NCBI GenBank assembly: GCA_041666525.1
Contig: JBAYGT010000001.1
Span: 334,426 to 398,425 of the forward strand
Source: Negativicutes bacterium
GTDB taxonomy: Bacteria; Bacillota; Negativicutes; JBAXTZ01
DNA length: 64,000 nucleotides
Reading direction: 5' to 3'
Shown here piece by piece: positions 48,235-56,515 of this stretch. The notes beneath the pieces are model-generated. The model searched no databases. It was not told where the DNA came from and saw nothing but the letters and a program-made list of their open reading frames with translations. The position numbers and the translations under genes were made by a program. Positions within the stretch are counted from its first letter, which is position 1. Each line of letters starts with the position of its first letter.

Positions 48235-49437
48235 TTACAATTTATTTTTACCGATACTTGACAGCGCCCGATCTGAATCCAAAACCAAGTGCGCCGCACC
48301 AAGCAAACCGGATTTACGCCCTAATACTGCTGCCTTCATTTCAACATTGAATGGCAATATCTGTTTGATTTCCCGGGTCATAAACTTAATGCCTTCTCTA
48401 CCGACTATGGGCATTTCGCCGCCCAACACTACCAACTGCGGACTGATAACCGATACCATCGCCGCAACAGCATATGCCCAATTGCGCAAAATATCTTCCC
48501 AAAATTCGCGCGCATTTTTATCCATCTCGGCCAAATTACGCAGTTGACATAGCAAACTCGAATTATCTTCCGGCACGATCGGTAACAATGCTTTCAGTTT
48601 CTTGTCTAAAAAAAACCGTTTGCGAATTGTGCGTGCCGAATAATTCCCTTCAAATATTCCGCCATGCCCAATTGCCGCGTTCTCACGTTTACCAAACATT
48701 AAATAGCCAATTTCTCCAGCCATTTCTCCAAACCCTCTGAACAACTGACTATTAACAATAATTCCCGCGCCGATTCCGCTGCTTACATTGATATAAATCA
48801 TATCATCAACATCTTGTCCAATACCGGCATTATGTTCACCAAGCGCCATAAGATTTGAATCATTTTCCACAAATATCGGTAATTCGATCCGCTTTTGCAA
48901 TTCATCAACAATGTGCACACCCTGCCAACCTTTTACTGGAGTGAATAACATTTGACCATCACTCTGCCGAATTGCGCCTGGGATACCAAATCCTAATCCC
49001 AGATATCGGTCAACACGTCTGCGATTGACATCAATGAAAGCATTCACATTGCGGCAAATTTCATCCAACAGTTCGACTCCATATAATTCATCGTCAATCA
49101 CTGCAAATGATTCAACTTTCGTGGCGCCGGAAAAATCCATTATCGACATTTCCAAACCATAGCTATTATAGATTACACCAACAATTCCACCGCCTCTAGG
49201 ATTAAGTTTCAACATAGTCGGTTTCCGGCCACCCGTCGAATCTCCGGTTCCAATTTCCACCAACCAACCTTCACCAATCAATTCGTCCACCAGCGATGAA
49301 ACAGCCGGCTTACTAAGGCTTAACTCACGAGCCAACATAGCCCGCGATAATTCTCGATGCGCACGCACCGCACGAATGATACTACTCCTGTTAAGTTGTC
49401 TCAGCAATGAAGAATTTGCAGTTACAATTTTGTTCAT
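48235..49437 (-). CDS. ROK-family transcriptional regulator (N-terminal HTH plus sugar-kinase-like domain)
   Basis: 400 aa with an HTH region (SRAMLARELSLSKPAVSSLV) and ROK motifs (NDSNLMALGE, GIGAGII). It is the first gene of the iol-type operon. Confidence 0.8.
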   Translation of the reverse strand: MNKIVTANSSLLRQLNRSSIIRAVRAHRELSRAMLARELSLSKPAVSSLVDELIGEGWLVEIGTGDSTGGRKPTMLKLNPRGGGIVGVIYNSYGLEMSIMDFSGATKVESFAVIDDELYGVELLDEICRNVNAFIDVNRRRVDRYLGLGFGIPGAIRQSDGQMLFTPVKGWQGVHIVDELQKRIELPIFVENDSNLMALGEHNAGIGQDVDDMIYINVSSGIGAGIIVNSQLFRGFGEMAGEIGYLMFGKRENAAIGHGGIFEGNYSARTIRKRFFLDKKLKALLPIVPEDNSSLLCQLRNLAEMDKNAREFWEDILRNWAYAVAAMVSVISPQLVVLGGEMPIVGREGIKFMTREIKQILPFNVEMKAAVLGRKSGLLGAAHLVLDSDRALSSIGKNKL

Positions 49438-49679
49438 CTGACCGCCTTTAATGTTAGTTCGTAACCTTTATTAACTAAGTTTGACAAAAAAATATAGTGT
49501 TATACAGATATCTCTAAAATTTCAACACACAACCCTTCGAAACAATCACTACAATAACTATATTGCTCTTGTTTAATTTCAACACTTCCAGAATAATAAC
49601 AAACCTGAATAAAATAATCAATACAAATTTAATGTTCTGTGAAAATATTTTTATTTGTATTTTTGTTTTTATACACAAT

Positions 49680-50483
49680 TTATCTGCCAAAAAATTTGTA
49701 AAAAAAACCTTTTTGTCGAGGCAAAATCAAACGCTCCGGTTTTGTGACCACCACATTTTCGCTTTTAAAAACCGCACGCGAATTGGTGATGAAAATTTGT
49801 TCAGCATACTCAGCGCCGAATTTCACCGCCACCTCTTCATAGGCTGATAACAATTTTGTGTTTCGTCCCCGAATGGAGTGTGCATCCGAAGCAACAAAAG
49901 AAACAACTTGGTTTTCCAGTAACATCAACACACATTTTTGAATTTCAGGACCAAATAAACCCGTAATACTCTTGGAATTAACCTGTAACAACAATCCTTT
50001 ATGCAACCAGTCTAAAACAATTTCTGGATTTTTTACAACTTCCGGATAACGTTCCGGATGCGCCATAATCAAACGTATTCCTTTAGTTTGTAAACCAAAA
50101 ATCACCTTTTCAGCATACTGCGGCATTTGCAACATCGGCAATTCAACCAACATATATTTCCCGGAGTTTAAACAATATTCACCAGGTTTGATTTCATCAA
50201 GTAACTCTGGTGTTAAAGCAACCTCTGCTCCGGAAACAACGGTTATATTGATGCCGGCACTTTTAAGATACCCATTAAGTTTTTTGCATTCTTCACAAAT
50301 GACCGTCCATTGCGGTTGATGTTCATTCCAAATGACGTGCGGCGTCGCCGCTATGTAACGAGTACCGCTGTCACAGGCTTGCTTTAGCATTGTCAAGCTG
50401 TCGGCAGCGCTTTGCGCTCCATCATCAATTCCGGCAATGACATGGGAATGGATATCGAAGAATTTCTTATCAATAATATTCAT
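49680..50483 (-). CDS. CpsB/YwqE-type PHP-domain protein-tyrosine phosphatase
   Basis: FDIHSHVIAGIDDG, TPH, HPERY and SDAH, which are the CpsB-family metal-binding motifs. Confidence 0.8.
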   Translation of the reverse strand: MNIIDKKFFDIHSHVIAGIDDGAQSAADSLTMLKQACDSGTRYIAATPHVIWNEHQPQWTVICEECKKLNGYLKSAGINITVVSGAEVALTPELLDEIKPGEYCLNSGKYMLVELPMLQMPQYAEKVIFGLQTKGIRLIMAHPERYPEVVKNPEIVLDWLHKGLLLQVNSKSITGLFGPEIQKCVLMLLENQVVSFVASDAHSIRGRNTKLLSAYEEVAVKFGAEYAEQIFITNSRAVFKSENVVVTKPERLILPRQKGFFYKFFGR

Positions 50484-50536
50484 AATTTTCCTTAGCCAAT
50501 AGCAGACCTATATTTACTCTTCTGCGTGACAAAGTC

Positions 50537-50565
50537 ATAATAAACAATAATTGCGGTTATGTCAA
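50537..50565 (-). promoter_or_regulatory. Sigma-A-type promoter for the cpsB-like gene
   Basis: Minus strand TTGACA, 17 nt, then TATTAT. Confidence 0.4.
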
Positions 50566-50765
50566 TAAAAGACAAATCAATTTGACAAAGCCGCTCATTG
50601 AGTGTAAACTTCTCTAAAAAACAAAAAATTGCTACACAATAGCAATGAAATTTACTCGAAAACTCTGACAGCATTAATTAGCCGCCTGAGTTTTTTTTGT
50701 GCTTCGTTCGAAATCTGTCCGCCATATACCATTAGCTCATCAATTCATTAATCATGGAGGTCACT

Positions 50766-51410
50766 ATGCTCGAAATGTTAGGTCAAAATTTCTCCGTAAA
50801 CGAAACGGATTATCTTATCAACAAATTCCTTGGTCGCGGTAAATCAGCGTATTCCTTTCTCGCGGAAAATGCTGACGGCACCAAAATTACCCTTAAACTC
50901 TTACACGATGAACCGTTCGAGTTCTATCAATGCGATGATAAATTCCAGGCGGAACTTGACGCCTACGAAGCATTGCACGGCAAACTGCCGTTGCCGGAAT
51001 TGGTCGCAGTCGATGACGAACGCGGTTGGTTGGCAAAAGAATATGTGGACGGCGAAAACCTAACCCAACTGATTGCCGAAAACCGTGTCACACCGGAAAT
51101 CTGGCGACAAATTTTCGCCATATCCGAGAGTCTTGAACCACAGTTAATCAATATTGATTATTTCCCTGCGAATTTTCTGTGGGATGGCGAAACACTGATT
51201 TACGTTGATTATGAAGTCAACACCTATAATTCCGAATACGACTGGCTGCACTGGGGCATTTATTTCTGGGTTAACAACGAAGGGATGCAGAAATATCTTG
51301 AGACCGGCGACGCGCTGGCGATTAACGATGGCAAGGCCGGCGGCAAGCCAATCAAAAAACCATTCAGAAATAAAGTACATCAACTAAAACAGCGTTATTC
51401 CGTGCAATAA
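50766..51410 (+). CDS. Small protein-kinase-like-fold protein (atypical kinase)
   Basis: Gly-rich loop LGRGKSAYSF, Lys in ITLKLL, hinge KEYVDGENL, and catalytic-loop-like NIDYFPANF plus VDYE. Start at the ATG at 50766 (GGAGG + 6 nt). Confidence 0.35.
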   Translation: MLEMLGQNFSVNETDYLINKFLGRGKSAYSFLAENADGTKITLKLLHDEPFEFYQCDDKFQAELDAYEALHGKLPLPELVAVDDERGWLAKEYVDGENLTQLIAENRVTPEIWRQIFAISESLEPQLINIDYFPANFLWDGETLIYVDYEVNTYNSEYDWLHWGIYFWVNNEGMQKYLETGDALAINDGKAGGKPIKKPFRNKVHQLKQRYSVQ

Positions 51411-51440
51411 AACTAGCTAATACCTAAATAGCACTTCACA

Positions 51441-51480
51441 AAAAAGCAAGCCACGGAAATCTTTCTGTGGCTTGTTTTAA
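51441..51480. terminator. Bidirectional rho-independent terminator
   Basis: aaaaagCAAGCCAC-ggaaatctttct-GTGGCTTGtttt, lying between convergent genes. Confidence 0.65.
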
Positions 51481-51483
51481 ATT

Positions 51484-52305
51484 TTATTTCGCCAGTACTG
51501 CCCACCAATGCCCAAAGTTTCCTTCAGACACTGCCGACAAGATTGCGTCGGTGCGCTGTGAAAAAGCCTGCGCTTCAGATTCGCCAACCAATTCAACAAC
51601 TTTCAACCAATTATCATCCAACAATAAGCGCATTTTCTGCCAGTGTCTGCGATATTGACGCGAAGTATCATTACACAACAAAACCAGCGCCGGGCAATCA
51701 TTCAGCAGCGCACTGATTTCATCATACCCAGGCGGCAGTTGAATCCCCCAACTATTAATAACGTTGGCCGCGGCGGTAGTATATACGTCACAACTATAGC
51801 CAGATATAGAAATAATTCTGTCTGGTTTCACCCAGCTAAGCAGTTTGCTGAAATCACCAACTATGTTTGGGGAATAACACAAGACGTCATGTGCTATTAC
51901 TAAATCATAACACTTAGCGCTATTGAAATTGTCGATTTTTGCCTGCCAAAAATTTATTTTGCCAGATAATCCATTAGTCTCTATCAGCTCCGCGGCACTG
52001 GACAACATATCCCAAGACGGATCAAACGCATCGACACAAGCATCATTATGCTTCGCCCACCAAAGTGTAGTCTGTCCACGGCCGCAACCGGCGTCCAGCA
52101 CTGATATTTTTTTTGTTCCCAATAACCTGCGCAATAGTTCAAACGGTTGTTCACCCAGCGGATTATAGTACACCCGCCCTAACAAATTTTGCAGTTGTAT
52201 TTGTTTATCAGCATAAATTGCCGCCGCACGCGCTTTGTCATTGTCGCCTTTGTTGCTGTCAACTGTGAACCGAACCGGGCCGCTGGTACTTGTTTCTATT
52301 TTCAT
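51484..52305 (-). CDS. Class I SAM-dependent methyltransferase
   Basis: Motif I VLDAGCGRGQTT followed by an acidic residue in post-I (DAFD). It is the last gene of the permease/mccA/mccB unit, 4 nt after the mccB-like stop. Confidence 0.75.
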   Translation of the reverse strand: MKIETSTSGPVRFTVDSNKGDNDKARAAAIYADKQIQLQNLLGRVYYNPLGEQPFELLRRLLGTKKISVLDAGCGRGQTTLWWAKHNDACVDAFDPSWDMLSSAAELIETNGLSGKINFWQAKIDNFNSAKCYDLVIAHDVLCYSPNIVGDFSKLLSWVKPDRIISISGYSCDVYTTAAANVINSWGIQLPPGYDEISALLNDCPALVLLCNDTSRQYRRHWQKMRLLLDDNWLKVVELVGESEAQAFSQRTDAILSAVSEGNFGHWWAVLAK

Positions 52306-52309
52306 TTTA

Positions 52310-53461
52310 CTACCTCAGCGCTTGTTCTAAATCTTCCAATAAATCTGCCTCATCCTCAATACCCACTGATATCCTGATTAAATTATCGCTAATTCCTAAT
52401 TGTATTCGTATTTCGGCGGGAATGGACGCATGCGTCATTATCGCCGGATGTTCAATCAGACTCTCGACACCGCCCAAACTTTCCGCCAATTGAAACAGTT
52501 TTACTCTTTCCAAAAACCGTTTTGATTCTTCAAGTCCGCCTTTGATAAAAAATGTTATCATACCGCCAAAGCCGCTCATCTGCAATTTGGCAATTTCATA
52601 CTGATTGTGCGAAACCAGTCCCGGATAAATCACTCGTTCAACCTGCGGATGTTGTTCGAGGTATTTGGCAATTTGCAAGGCATTGGCACAATGTTTTTCC
52701 ATCCGCAATTGCAATGTTTTCATTCCCCGCAGCAACAGAAATGAATCAAACGGTGACAAAATACTGCCAATGGCATTGTGCAAAAACCGGATCCGTTCGG
52801 TCAAAGCAGATTCTTCGCGGACGATTACGGCACCGGCAATAATATCGGAGTGTCCGTTTAAATATTTAGTTGCTGAATGCACGACAATATCAAAACCCAA
52901 GACTAACGGTTTTTGTAAATACGGCGTGGCAAAAGTATTATCACATACCGTTATAATGCCGTATGCTTGGGCGATTTGGGCAATTCGTGCCAGATCAACA
53001 ATCCTCAGCATCGGATTGCTCGGTGATTCCACCCAAATCATTTTCACCGATGAATCAATCGCTTGCCGCAGCGCGTCAATATTCGTGAGATCAACATACT
53101 TTACCCGTAAATCGGCGTTGATTTTTTTAACTTCATCAAACAACCGAAATGTACCGCCATACATATCGTCCATAGCAATAATTGTGCTGCCGTGCGGAAA
53201 GGCATCCAACACCGTAGAAGAAGCCGCCAACCCGGACGCAAAAGCAAATGCGGCAACGCCTTCTTCCAAGTCAGCAAGACAAGTTTCCAACGCCTGCCGG
53301 GTCGGATTACCCGACCGCGAGTATTCATAGCCTTTGTTAACGCCCGGACTGGCTTGCGCGAAAGTAGAGGTCGCAAATATCGGCGTTATTACCGCCCCGG
53401 TAGCTGTTTCCGGATCCTGTCCGGCGTGGATGGCGCGAGTAGCAAATCCCTGTTTATTCAT
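52310..53461 (-). CDS. mccB: Cys/Met-metabolism PLP enzyme (cystathionine gamma-lyase/homocysteine gamma-lyase, MccB-like)
   Basis: Start at the ATG at 53461 (AGGAG upstream), giving MNKQGFATRAIHAGQ.... Has the PLP-Lys context HSATKYLNGHSD. The 35-aa extension in the track would overlap the upstream gene. Confidence 0.75.
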   Translation of the reverse strand: MNKQGFATRAIHAGQDPETATGAVITPIFATSTFAQASPGVNKGYEYSRSGNPTRQALETCLADLEEGVAAFAFASGLAASSTVLDAFPHGSTIIAMDDMYGGTFRLFDEVKKINADLRVKYVDLTNIDALRQAIDSSVKMIWVESPSNPMLRIVDLARIAQIAQAYGIITVCDNTFATPYLQKPLVLGFDIVVHSATKYLNGHSDIIAGAVIVREESALTERIRFLHNAIGSILSPFDSFLLLRGMKTLQLRMEKHCANALQIAKYLEQHPQVERVIYPGLVSHNQYEIAKLQMSGFGGMITFFIKGGLEESKRFLERVKLFQLAESLGGVESLIEHPAIMTHASIPAEIRIQLGISDNLIRISVGIEDEADLLEDLEQALR

Positions 53462-53483
53462 ATCAATACAATCTCCTGTTCCA

Positions 53484-54455
53484 TTATTCAACGCTGAATC
53501 CGCGTTCGCGCATCCAGTCATCATTAAAAACTTTTGACAAATACTTGTTACCGGTGTCGCAGACAAAAGTAATTATGTTTTTCGATTGCACCTGCTGTTG
53601 TGCGTACCGGACCGCGGCTGCAATCAACACTCCGCTTGATGTCCCGGCGAGAATCCCCTCTTTTTTCAGTAACGCACGGATGGTGGCGAAGGCCTGGGCA
53701 TCAGTTATCGTATATGCAGCTTTCACCAGCGAAAAATCGCACATCTCCGGCACAAAATCCTCACCAATTCCTTCAACGTACCAACTGCCCGGCTCATCGT
53801 GTTTTCCGGTCATAATATAATCTGCGAGAATCGAACCGGCAGGGTCGGCCAACACAAATTCCGGCGGCGCTGGCAGCGTTTTAAAGTAATCGGTCAACCC
53901 GCGCAGCGTACCGCCTGAACCGACGCCGACTACGATGGCATCGACTTTACCATCCATATGTTGCCAGATTTCCGGTCCGGTGGTCGTGCTGTGCGCCAGC
54001 GGATTATCCAGGTTGCAAAACTGATTTATGAAAAACGAATTTTCCGTTTCCTGAGACAAGCGCAGAGCATAATCCTGGTAATACTCCGGGTGGCCTTTGG
54101 CAACATCAGAGCGGGTCATTACGATTTTTGCACCCAATGCTTTTAAGTGGGCTATTTTTTCCGCGCTCATCTTATCCGGAATCACAAGAACAAGTTTGTA
54201 ACCTTTCTTCAGCGCTACCAGCGCCAGTCCGAGACCAGTATTTCCGGCAGTTGCCTCAATCAGTGTCGCGCCGGGCTTGAGCAGTCCCCGCGCCTCTGCG
54301 CTTTCGATAATTGATTTGCCAATCCGGTCTTTGATTGAACCGGATGGGTTTTGATTTTCCAGTTTCAAAAACAATCGGCTGTTACCGGTGTCAAAGCAAC
54401 CAATTTCAACAATCGGCGTGTTGCCGATCAAATCCAGTGAATCTTTGTAAAACAT
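53484..54455 (-). CDS. mccA: Cysteine synthase/cystathionine beta-synthase family PLP enzyme (MccA-like)
   Basis: NPSGSIKDRIG (PLP Lys), GNTG and GVGSGGT. Its start overlaps the permease stop (TAATG). Confidence 0.75.
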   Translation of the reverse strand: MFYKDSLDLIGNTPIVEIGCFDTGNSRLFLKLENQNPSGSIKDRIGKSIIESAEARGLLKPGATLIEATAGNTGLGLALVALKKGYKLVLVIPDKMSAEKIAHLKALGAKIVMTRSDVAKGHPEYYQDYALRLSQETENSFFINQFCNLDNPLAHSTTTGPEIWQHMDGKVDAIVVGVGSGGTLRGLTDYFKTLPAPPEFVLADPAGSILADYIMTGKHDEPGSWYVEGIGEDFVPEMCDFSLVKAAYTITDAQAFATIRALLKKEGILAGTSSGVLIAAAVRYAQQQVQSKNIITFVCDTGNKYLSKVFNDDWMRERGFSVE

Positions 54456-55861
54456 TACATTACCTCGCTTTTTTTAATTTGTGTTTCCGACAAAACACTG
54501 TTCCTGTAACCATAAAATACGTATATCAAAATCCCGATAATCGCCCAAATACAAAAAAAACACCAAGTTACCCCCGATAAATTTAACATCAGGTAACCGC
54601 AGGTAATCACCGCCAACGGCATTATCACATAAGCCGCCGGACAACGAAACGGCCGGTTTATATCCGGTTGAGTAAATCGCAAAACAAACACACCCACCGA
54701 TGCGACGATGAAAGCAAACAGCGTGCCGATATTTACCATCTCCGCCAAAACCTCGATTTTTACCAACCCGACGACTGTTGCTACAATCATACCGGTGACC
54801 AATGTTAACCGGTGCGGCGTCCTGTATAAGTTATGGATTTTTCCAATCTTTTGCGGCAACAAACCGTCGCGCGCCATTGCCAGAAATAATCTGATTTGAG
54901 CGTATAGCAACCCCAATATCACTGCTGCCAGTCCGACGATAACGCCAACACCGACCAATGCTGCGCCAAATTTGTAGCCGGCGGCTTCCATGACCATGAC
55001 AATCGGTGCACCGTTTGCCAAAAGATGATAAGGTACAACGCCGGTCATAACCGCCGTTACAATTACATATAATACCGTTGTTACTGCCAGCGTGCCCAAA
55101 ATACTGCGCGGGATATCGCGCTGGGGATTCGCGGTTTCTTCGGCACTATTGGCAATAATATCAAACCCAAGATAAGAAAAGAACGCAAACGATGCACCGG
55201 TCAATACACCCTGCCAGCCAAATGGCAGAAACGGCGTCCAATTGGCAGGATTAACAGCCGGGATACAAAGAATAATAAATATCGCGACAATTGACAGCTT
55301 AATTGCTACCAGAATCCGATTCAGTTTAGCGCTTTCACGCGCACCGTGATACAGAACCGAAGTAATTGTCAGCACCAACAATACAGCTGGTAGATTAATC
55401 CAGCCACCGTTCGCCGGAACCTTCAACAATGATTCGGGAACATTCAAGCCCAGCCGTTGCACTAAATTTGCTACATATTGTGACCAACCAGAAGAAACTG
55501 CAGCAGCTCCAATACCATATTCCAATATTAACGCCCAACCTACCAGCCAGGCAATCAATTCACCTAAAGCCGAGTATGCATAAGTATAAACACTTCCGGC
55601 AACCGGCGTCATTGCAGCCAGTTCGGCGTACGCCAATCCCGCAAACCCGCAGGCAAATCCGGAAAACACAAACGACAACATCAAACCCGGACCGGCATAT
55701 TCGGCAGCACCGATACCGGTAAATACAAATACTCCGGTGCCGATTATTATACCGATACCAAGACAGATTAAATCCCAGGGAGTCAGCACCCGGCGTAACC
55801 CGCTAGACTTCGCCGCTTTATTCATATCAGAAATAGATTTTTTACGAAAAACATCAGCCAT
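54455..55861 (-). CDS. Amino acid permease (APC superfamily, cationic amino acid transporter-like)
   Basis: Start at the ATG at 55861 (GGAGG upstream), giving MADVFRKKSISDM.... Has about 12-13 TM helices and the GIGIIIGTGVFV motif. Confidence 0.8.
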   Translation of the reverse strand: MADVFRKKSISDMNKAAKSSGLRRVLTPWDLICLGIGIIIGTGVFVFTGIGAAEYAGPGLMLSFVFSGFACGFAGLAYAELAAMTPVAGSVYTYAYSALGELIAWLVGWALILEYGIGAAAVSSGWSQYVANLVQRLGLNVPESLLKVPANGGWINLPAVLLVLTITSVLYHGARESAKLNRILVAIKLSIVAIFIILCIPAVNPANWTPFLPFGWQGVLTGASFAFFSYLGFDIIANSAEETANPQRDIPRSILGTLAVTTVLYVIVTAVMTGVVPYHLLANGAPIVMVMEAAGYKFGAALVGVGVIVGLAAVILGLLYAQIRLFLAMARDGLLPQKIGKIHNLYRTPHRLTLVTGMIVATVVGLVKIEVLAEMVNIGTLFAFIVASVGVFVLRFTQPDINRPFRCPAAYVIMPLAVITCGYLMLNLSGVTWCFFCIWAIIGILIYVFYGYRNSVLSETQIKKSEVM

Positions 55862-55876
55862 CCAGCACCTCCCCGT

Positions 55877-55911
55877 CAAAAAGCAAAAGACCGAAGACAT
55901 CACGTCTCCGG
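55877..55911 (-). terminator. Terminator-like hairpin inside the leader of the permease-mccA-mccB operon (possible attenuator)
   Basis: Minus strand GGCCGGAGAC-GTGAT-GTCTTCGGTC (10 bp including 2 G-U pairs) followed by TTTTGCTTTTT. It ends about 15 nt before the RBS and lies downstream of a candidate promoter. Confidence 0.45.
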
Positions 55912-55948
55912 CCTTCAGTATTTCTGATCAACCAAGTAAATTTATTTG

Positions 55949-55977
55949 ATGGTAACAAATATTTGCACACTTGTCAA
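55949..55977 (-). promoter_or_regulatory. Candidate sigma-A promoter of the permease-mccA-mccB operon
   Basis: Minus strand TTGACA, 17 nt, then TACCAT. Confidence 0.35.
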
Positions 55978-56011
55978 TGTTTTGTTAATCATGCTATCTG
56001 ATATTCTTATT

Positions 56012-56479
56012 TCAGTCCGTCAATTCCGCAAAAATCGTAATCTCATTATTTGCAGTCTCGGCTGACGTTATTTTGATTACATCCAGCAGCGGCCGGCCAA
56101 ACATCCGGCTGCCACTTAGCAGCCTTATTAGTGCCCGGCGCATATTGAAGACGTATTTGTCATCACGCTTTTCGTACTGCGGCAAAAATCGCTCCAGCAT
56201 GTTCAGCGCCATGGCGATAGTATTGTCGCTCGGTTTGATAACAATTTCGCTACGGCTGTAATCATGAACACATTCACATAGTTCAAACTTAACATTAAAA
56301 CTGGTAGCCAGCAGTGCGCTAACACCAACCTGAACATTTAGTTCGATAAAATTACGCTCCAGCAACTTGGCGTTAAGCGAGCGGATTAACCGCGGGGTTC
56401 TTGTGGCTTCATTCAAACCGCGGTTAAGTGCGGCTTCAGAAAGCGAAAATTGGATAGATTGGTTATTCTTGTCTCTCAA
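56012..56479 (-). CDS. Hypothetical protein (TTG start)
   Basis: 155-aa ORF lying 36 nt after the PTS EIIC gene, with a TTG start preceded by AGGT. I do not recognise a family, and coding status rests only on ORF length and position. Confidence 0.3.
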   Translation of the reverse strand: MRDKNNQSIQFSLSEAALNRGLNEATRTPRLIRSLNAKLLERNFIELNVQVGVSALLATSFNVKFELCECVHDYSRSEIVIKPSDNTIAMALNMLERFLPQYEKRDDKYVFNMRRALIRLLSGSRMFGRPLLDVIKITSAETANNEITIFAELTD

Positions 56480-56515
56480 TGATCTTACCTGCTTATAATT
56501 TTTCAGTAACTGTTT

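Noticed and set aside
55862-56011. A possible SAM (S-box) riboswitch or T-box upstream of the sulfur amino-acid operon.
   Set aside because: The leader is only about 70-90 nt, too short for either element, and lacks their conserved boxes. I kept only the terminator-like hairpin as an observation.
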